DNA from: Piedraia hortae CBS 480.64 | Lineage: Eukaryota | Reading direction: 5' to 3' | DNA: 41,441 bases | Assembly: GCA_010093745.1 (NCBI GenBank) | Contig: MU006045.1 | Coordinates: 1 to 41,441, forward strand | Part shown: positions 33,366-41,441 of the stretch, in pieces | How positions within the stretch are numbered: position 1 is the first letter of the stretch | Layout of the letters: each line of letters opens with the position of its first letter | The notes under the pieces: generated by a model | Told to the model about the DNA's origin: nothing | What the model saw: only the letters and a program-made list of their open reading frames with translations | Databases searched by the model: none | Made by a program: the position numbers and the translations under genes

Positions 33366-36300
33366 TCTTGTTAAATGACAGTTTGATACAAAATGAGCGT
33401 GATGGTGTTGGTGGTGAAGCTCGAGATTGAGGTGTTGTGGGGAAGAAAATTATAAGGTTTTCTTGGCTCCGTCTTTTCCAGATACGGGATACGTCACTCG
33501 ACAATTTGACTCTGTTAGTTTCAAGCATTATTCTCACCCATGACGTAATGGTAGATGGACAGCACCGAGAGTAGGGCAGTATGCCCCATTTTCACAAGTC
33601 TCAACTGCTGACTTTACCTGACACAATCATCGTTAAGACTTTTGGCAATAACTTTGTACAGACGTAGAGCCATCTTTTGACAAGATCATCAAGTAACTTT
33701 GTTCGTGAGCTGCATGCTCAAGCTCGAAGTAGCATTTATTTCTAAACATTCATTCTAGAACGACTTTTGTATCCATGATGTTCAACGAAAAAAATATCAA
33801 AAGCTGCGTTGTTTCTAATATGCCTCGCACTCTTGACAGATGATAGATTCAAGATTCGTTCTGTTTCTATAGAAACCCACGACCAATCGCTCTTAATGCT
33901 CTTCCCAAAGTCAATCTGGAAACCCACTGCCGTTAATGCAGTCTAGAAGAGTGATGTCAACAGGAGACCATATAATGTCAGACTTCAGAGCCCCACAGCT
34001 TGCCAAACCTGAGTAAATGTATGTGGGTGACAATAGCAAGCTGGTTTTCAATACCACATCAGTCAGAAGTCTGCCGCTTGCGGAAGGGTTGTTGAGACGG
34101 GATCCGTCTCCGAATAAAGAGGATGATGATTTGAAAGGATTTCAGTACAAAGTTCTCTCATGTATTTAGTAAGGAGGGCTTCCTCCCAACACATCATTCA
34201 TCTAGAGATATTCATTTTGCTCTCTACTGGGATATGAGTTCTTTCCTAACCCTCTGACAGGTCTGAACAGCTATTTTGTAAGTGGCAGACTTCTGACAAC
34301 ATCTGTGGTCATCGCGGTAGATCAAGTGGCCTGGACGCAATGTTGAATGTATGGCGTTCCTCTCTAGCAAGAGCTTGGCGCAATCCTATTTTCACACCTG
34401 TCAGTCTCATTTTCCGTCTTGGCACCCTGGTGTGTCACAGTTCCATCATGCCATCTGCTTTGTCTCAGTTGCATCTCCTAGTTTGACGCCATGTCGGTCG
34501 TGACATCTAGCGCTCGTTGTCAATTGTTGATGAAGCGGTGCTCGGGCATTATTGGCTCTCTAGCTCTGCACGGGGATGTGGCCTTGGACTGGAAGGTCTC
34601 ACTAACGGTAAGAGAGCGTCACTGCTCATGCGGAGGCCTTAGGGATGGGAAACCGCCTGAGCGCAAGTGTTAGTTGAGCACAAATTGGGTACTGGCAATG
34701 AAAGCGTCCTTACCACTGAATGTAGGTGACAAAGTAACTTTGCTAGACTGAGCCGCAGAATAGGGGCGGGCAAGAGGGCCAAGCGAGGCGCTGATGCGGC
34801 GATGCGGCGGCGCAACGAAGCGCACCCCGCCCTGTTTCCCGGCGTAAGATGATAAATACCCCTGCAGAAGACACAACGAGAGCATTTTCTATTACTGGCG
34901 GGAGCATTAATCTGTGCGTGGTAGCTTGAAGCTTCGACTGTTCGGCCGCTATGCAGCAGCGGGGTCTGCATTGGCCATTTTTTCACCGCACTGTCACCAA
35001 CGACGTCGGTGCCGCAACAAGCATCGTACCCTTCTTTCTCACGCTGCTATCAGGAGCTTTGTTAATGAGTTCAGGACTTCATTTGTCTCTCCATGGTAAG
35101 GAGAAATATCCTCCGCCAAGCGGCCATCTGCATCCGCACCCTACTCCGCGTTCAGACTTCTTACGCCTCCAAGAAACATGCACGGCACGACACGATATGA
35201 TCTGACGGTACAGCATACGATGCTCACCAGCGAGCTACCTCCATATACTGCTAGTAAAGCGAACGGGGCTAAGCGGAAGGCTTAAGTCGGCCGCAACCCA
35301 CGCCGGACACAGCGCCATGGGCAATACAAAAAGGCTTTCCATGAGAATGCAAGAGATAAAGGAGGAGGACAGGCTTGACAACAAAAGGGCAAATCGTCAC
35401 AAAAACGGCGAGCGGGGAGCTAAGAAAGCTTCTGGCAGATCGATTGTGCCGTCGCCGGCATCAGCGAGAAAGCTTGAACAACAGCAGCAATGCCTCAAAT
35501 GTTACAGTCAAGACGTCAATGTGTGCCGAGCATGCTAGGATAAAGGACCCACTTCTGCAATCTGCCCAGTACTTTCGTAGCAAAGATTGGACAAGAAGTT
35601 GACGATTGAGGGGACTAGCATGGAATTAAAGTGGACTGCAATTCCGCTCATGACCACGAGGCGTGGCAACGGGACAGCTCAAATCGCAGACCTCGTCACA
35701 TAAATAGCACAATCTATGAATCATGGATGGTAAAATTCGATACGCCTGCTTCCGCAGGGAGGTCTGCATGAACGGCACGAGTTGGCGAGGGTCATTGGAC
35801 TCAAATATGCTAGCGACGTCAATAGTCCATCATTGTAGGATGAGTCTACATTTCACAAGTGGAGAGGTCATCGTCAGCTTACTTCATTCGCTCTGTGAGT
35901 GGTTGTTTACGTCATTATCAAGGTATTTTCTGCTCCCCGAATTTTCTTGGCAAACTGAAACACACACCTTCACTCAAGCGCACGTAGCAGGCTGTATTTG
36001 GAGCGCTCTCAAATGCCACGGTCATAAATATAGCAGGCGGCATCGTGATGTTTTTGAATCCAGTGGTCGCATGGCAAAATCAACGTCACGACCAATGAAT
36101 ACGCTATCACCGCAGCTCCAAGCCAATGCTGACTCGTCAATAGGTTCATTATGGATATTAGAATGATTTCAAAGCTCAATATCAGTAAAAAGTCTCACCA
36201 ACAGGCTACAGGTTCTGGCGCAGCCGGCTGAGCGATGAAACATTTATTACCACGCGCGACAAGCCGTATCTCCAGACAGTAGTCGTACAGCGGCCTCGAA

Positions 36301-36909
36301 ATCCAGAACAATTGCTTGGAAATCGCCCATTATATCACGAGAAATGACATATCCTACAACGGCGATAAACAAAGCTAAGGCATTTGACTCTGACTTTTAT
36401 TCCGTGGACAATAACCTCAAGCCGACGATATGACAAGAGGAAACGTATAAGACGACAATCCAACAACATCAGGCTGCCTGGCGTGCATAGCATGCACGTT
36501 CTAGTATTCCTTAGAATTGTGGGCACGTTCAAGAGTCAAGTAAATTCGAATACCCGCTGTTGGCTCGCCTGTGATCGCACGTACAAAATAGGGCCCTGAT
36601 TGGCGCATCTTCGACCCAACAAAGCTCCCTTCAATGATCAATTCGACCTTACAATCGACAAAATGCCATTGGAAAGCGCAAATGTATGCGCCAGCTATGT
36701 CAGCCTGTCAGAAGGATGTGGCGCCCACCATGACCAGAACTAAAGATAGAAATCGAAACTTCTCAGGGTTTTTACCACTATAGTGGAAGTTTTCCCTGAG
36801 ACGGGTCATTGTCTTGTTCATGCTTAAGGGCATGGTTCGCTGACGTTGTCCTGACCAATGCGGTTAGACTGGAGTAGTGTTGAAAAGGTTTCGAACCTCC
36901 CCTCATATA

Positions 36910-37178
36910 TGTTGATGTTATTTGGAAGCCAGTTCCAATAAGGTTAGTGTGACCGGTAACTTCACCTCCTCTAGAGTCTTGGTAGCAAGGTAGCAGCAAT
37001 AACATTGTCTTTCGTGTCACTGTTGATGTTGGTCGGAAGCCAGTCCCGATAGGGCTAGGGTGACCAGTAACCTCATCTCACCTAGACTCTTAGCAAAAAG
37101 GCAGCAGCAACAACATTGTCTTTCATGTCACTTCCCATTCCTATATTTACTAGTAACCTCACATTCCTATAATCACCA
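36910..37178 (+). mobile_element. Solo-LTR-like insertion (269 bp) with an internal 111-bp tandem duplication and a 5-bp TSD
   Basis: Starts TGTTGAT and ends ATCACCA (TG...CA, 6/7 inverted match). Flanked by ATATA at 36905-36909 and 37179-37183. Absent from the homologous copy at about 29572. Units start at 36910 and 37021. Confidence 0.75.
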
Positions 37179-38537
37179 ATATAGAGATAGACATCTACAT
37201 CCACCTTTTGGTCAGAGTTGAGTGCACACATTTGTCTTTGATCTACGTTCTACTTTAGGCCTCGGATGCTCACTATCCGGAACAGCCAACTGCGCCATTG
37301 GCCACGAAAGTGAAGCTCGTAGCCTGGAAATAATGACCCTACGGGCGGAGGAAGATGCTCCTTCATTCGACTCCTTGCCCCTGACCACTTCAAAAGAAAG
37401 AAAGGTGATGTCTAATGCATGCGCTGTTCGGTGCGTAGCGTTATGTGCACAAATGGAAAACAGAGTGCGAGAGTGAGAACAACGTGGAATCGCAGTTCCA
37501 ATCTCAGTGAATTGGTTCTATGGGGACCTCTAGGATACATAAGGGAATTGGAGATAGATCCTGCATCTCGCCAGCAAGATCGGCGCCGCAGTGACAGGGA
37601 CTCTCCCATGAGATCCTGCAGGTCTTACCCCAACGAATCATGGACCGCGACAATGCCCATGACATGTTATTGAGAGCGCATTCGCCTCGATGCAAGTGTG
37701 ATTGTGATCCATGGGGAGAACTCCATATGGAAGAAAACCTAGAGAACTCCTGCGATGCATGCCGCGCATTCCAACAAAAGAGATCGAAAGATATTTCTCA
37801 AGATTCAGAGGGAAACGCCAACTAGGAATTGTGGCCCAGAAATGGCTGCCGTCAGCCCGTGTGATGCGTGTTTGTCCCAGCAAGTTCGTAGATCTACCGA
37901 GACAAGGTAGTGCAAAGAGACTAGGCTTCGCAAAGACCTTTCGTCTAGCCTGGCGGACATGGGACATTGGGGGTCTATAATCCTGACAAGAGCAAGAAAT
38001 AAGCGATCGATTCTAGATCAGGTTATGGCACCGGCAAGATCTACCGTGATTAACTTTAATCACTTGTCAATCGAGGCTGCAAGCGGCCATCCTAACCCAC
38101 TACCTTTGCAATCTGACAGACGATAATATGTCTGGTCTCCAACAAACAAAACCAGCACGATGATACGGTTCGCCCTACCCGTTATAAAATGTACCGATTC
38201 CTCCCAGCCGACGTGAGAGGAACCGGCACAATTCACACCTCTTTCTCCTTGCTCAGGCAGCACGTCTCGCCGAAGACCTATACAGGGAGCAGGTGTGAGG
38301 TATTGACTTCAACCTGGCTTGTCTAGGAAGATACAAGGACAAGAAGCATTGCGCGCTGGTTCCTCGCCATCGGCCGTGCAAGCCCCAGCTATTTTCAGAC
38401 ACCACGCATACGTCTCTTATCAGCAAGCGAAATCCAGGTCGACTTTCGCCTTCTCCGCCTTCTCCGCCTTCTCCGTCATCTATGACACTCAACAGTTGCA
38501 GCCGTGGTCTGAAAGCCGCCAAACCACGTGTAGTGGC

Positions 38538-38683
38538 TGTTGGCATGAAGTCTCGTTGCTATCAGTGTACGATGCTACTGCGCGACACCTCTTACACCAG
38601 CAGCTGCACCCTAGGTTTGTCCTCACAGAGGTTTCCCTCAGGGTCATGTCGCATGCGACATGGTGAATGCGCCCTGCTAGTGT
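38538..38683 (+). repeat. About 147-bp dispersed direct repeat, copy 2
   Basis: Homologous to 30776-30922. Contains the 18-bp palindrome catgtcgcatgcgacatg (38645-38662). Confidence 0.93.
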
Positions 38684-41257
38684 ACAAAGTGACGTCACCG
38701 GCCCACCGGTACAGAATTTTCATTCTGACGTCCCCTCATAGAGATAGATAGTTATTCACACTGTCATTTTTTTGACACTACTCCGTCCTCTTCGGGTCGC
38801 TGCGCAATCTCACCCACAGGAGCTAAAATCTCTACACCCAAAACAGGAAATCGAAAGGCGGCAATCTCATAAGAATCAAGCCGTACCCTCTCCAAGATGC
38901 ATGGGTGCTACAGAGCACATCTACAGCAAAGAAAAACGTCTGATACAGCCTTCTGGAGGCACACAATCCATAAACCTCACATCCAATGTGACTGTCGCAG
39001 AGCCCATGACTGCGCAGCAGCCCGACTTTTGCAGTGAAACAGCGCCAATGCCAGCAATGAACATCAGCATACGTCCGCTCGACGGACGATGTGATCAAGC
39101 AGCTGTACAATTCGTTTCACGTCGTGACGAGCGCAGTCGCTGCATGCTGCTTAGTCGGTCATGCAGGGGGCGCTACGAGACTGCGGAGAGGTGGCCAGGT
39201 TTCGCTTCCCAGCTCTCATCGCCTTGTTGATGCAGTCGGTCAAGGTAATCTCGCTCGCCTGCGCTCGATAGTGCTTCAGCACCCCTATCCATGCCGCGTG
39301 GCGGCAGTCTTCACGTCCTAGCCGCTGCTTTTTCTGCCGTCGTCGCTCTGTACTGGCCATGCGCTTTTACATCCTTTCATGCAGCCATTCAAGTGCTCTG
39401 TGGCGGTGGGTGGCGGGAATGGTCGGCTGGATTGACGCTCGAGAGGATTGAGGCCGATGCCGGAGAGGAGTGGATTGGTGCGAATGATGCTGAGACGACG
39501 TGGGCAACGCTCTAGTATTTGTTAGCTGGCTTGGCGCATTGAGAATGTAGGGAGGACACAGAAAAAATGGGAGGGCTGTCCAGACTTTTTGTCCTGGCAG
39601 GAGGTCGAAGTTGATTGCTAATATTGTGCGCGAGAAAGAGAGAGGCGCTCAGGAAATGATCAATGATCAGACTTGGGGAGATCGATCGAGGATGATGACG
39701 AGCCATTCATGTGGCTCGTCGGACAAAGTTCAATGGTGGTTGACGTGATAAGTGGCCTAATCTATTCTGCCCATAAGTTGCCTCCACGTAGGTAGTAGTA
39801 AAGCAGCACCCGTTAACCTCCTCTAAATACGTTTGTAATGGTAAGTGAGGGAAAGGGGCGACTTGGTGAGACCCACAGCGGAGCCGTCCCACGCTTCAAG
39901 CATACCAGAGTCGATGATAGCCACAATAAAACGACCGCAGAATGTGAGCAATGAGCAATTGGAAGGAGGCGATTGTTTATTAGCTTTGCGGGCATTGCCC
40001 CGCTTTGATCGCTTAACCTATCATGACGCAACTTCTCAGGCTACTGACTTGGCAGCGCAAGAGTCGATTGAGCCTTCCTTTTGTGCCAATCTAGGATTCT
40101 TTATCAAGCAGCCGGCAAACATGATGCATCAATAAACACACCAGTGTCTTCCCCTCATCACCATGCCCTTGGTCGTCTCGATTTATATACGTTGCTGGCG
40201 GTCCTGCAGGCTCCCAGTACAACTGTTCGAGGCCAGCCTTCCAATGAGTATCTTGCAATGGGAACACAACACTATGAATTGGTCCTGCCCGCCAACCTCG
40301 AGACCGTTCGCGATTCAGCACTCGCCTGGACTTTTCTATGCCGTTATGATCAATGAATGCAGCATGATGCCCCAAAAGCCAAATCAATGCTTGGCACCCT
40401 TGAATGACCAAAGAATGTCAACGTGGCCTCCACAACACGGTAAACTGGTCTCTAAGTATTTTTCACAGAAACAGTTGGAGCGCAGATGAGACATGTGGCA
40501 TTATCGATGATCACGTCAGCAAGACGCATCTGAGACTATTCTTTCGCCTTCAAGAAGATAAAGGCCATGTTTCTCATTCAAATCGGCGGGATCTTTCACG
40601 TTGTATTATGGCACGCAAGACTTTGAGATGATCGAGCAGCTCCCTAAGCTTACAGCGCAACTCTGACCGGCTTCGGTATCTGGTCTCACCACCGACGTTT
40701 CCGAACGGGTCGTCAATCCCACCGAGGAAAAAGAAGCGACGCGGAAGGCAAAAAAAGCAAATCGACACTTCGAGTAAAAGGTGTGCACCAGCGTAGCAAT
40801 CGTCGCCTTCAAGCATGCCACGAGGGGTCCGTGATGACAAGCGCAGTCATGAGTATCACCAGAATGAAAGGCTCGATAATGTTAAAGGTCTAAAAACTAT
40901 CATTTCTTCGAGAGCTCTGGAATGTGGTCGACTGGTGGCTTGGTGAATCTTAGCAACATGGCCGACCTGTGGGAACCAAACGACCAGCAGTTTGCCATCT
41001 GCGCTTCGTACGACGCCTATATACACCAGTGTACGATCTGAGCCGTGAATCGGCGTCAAACAGTCAACGCATGACTTCGGGTTGCGGCGAGAAGGTGTGA
41101 AGAGTATAATCATGGCACTCTACTACGTGACATTGGCGAATGCGGCGGAATATTTGCGACGGGGACACTTCTTCTCAGGTAGCCTGACAAAACTACTGTA
41201 TAATTATCCACTTCCCATCTCACCTTCAAGACTTGCTCATCTTTAAACACTTTACAT

Positions 41258-41359
41258 TAGTAAATATAGGAATGAGAAGTGACATGAGACACAATGTTGT
41301 TTCTGCTGTTTACTAGTCACCCTAGCCCTATCGGGACTGGCTCCCGACTAACATCAAGA
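41258..41359 (-). mobile_element. Inverted, internally deleted and truncated copy of the solo-LTR-like element
   Basis: The reverse complement reads tcttgatgttagtcgggagccagtcccgatagggctagggtgactagtaa...acaacattgtgtctcatgtcacttctcattcctatatttacta, matching 37021-37152 with a gap of about 30 bp. Confidence 0.85.
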
Positions 41360-41419
41360 GTATTATAATTGTGAGCAGATGTGTACCTGCATACAAATCT
41401 CTACGGAAAACTAGTTGAC
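41359..41419 (+). repeat. Right copy of the 61-bp inverted repeat
   Basis: Exact reverse complement of 1-61. Confidence 0.95.
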
Positions 41420-41441
41420 GCGTGAAGTCGAGAGCCGAGCG

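Noticed and set aside
36910..37131. CRISPR-like or satellite array
   Set aside because: Only two diverged 111-bp units with no spacers, in a eukaryotic context; explained as part of the LTR-like element.
33500..41200. Numerous 60-150 aa ORFs in the right arm
   Set aside because: No recognisable domains or consistent splice structure; consistent with chance ORFs or unassignable relics.

Overview
Eukaryotic fungal DNA (filamentous ascomycete; Dothideomycete-like is only an inference) with three zones. (1) About 1-4400 is gene-poor and degraded-looking. (2) About 4400-26300 is a tightly packed block of mostly housekeeping genes: PEX10, an APE2-like M1 aminopeptidase, SEC59 dolichol kinase, ATG1, GPD1, an MFS transporter, a Phe-type DAHP synthase and a conserved fungal hypothetical protein. 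This block also holds a spliced small C4 zinc-finger/coiled-coil gene missed by the ORF track and a pseudogene riddled with C-to-T changes. (3) About 26300-41441 is an accessory zone with one intact three-exon MYND-finger gene, a pseudogenised paralogue with the same first intron position, a solo-LTR-like insertion with a 5-bp TSD whose empty site is visible in a second copy, and several short dispersed repeats. The two ends of the window carry a perfect 61-bp inverted repeat. Several genes show abrupt C/A-rich to G/T-rich strand-composition switches. I found no captain recombinase, transposase, RT, CRISPR or structural RNA gene. All family calls come from motif recognition by eye, not database searches.
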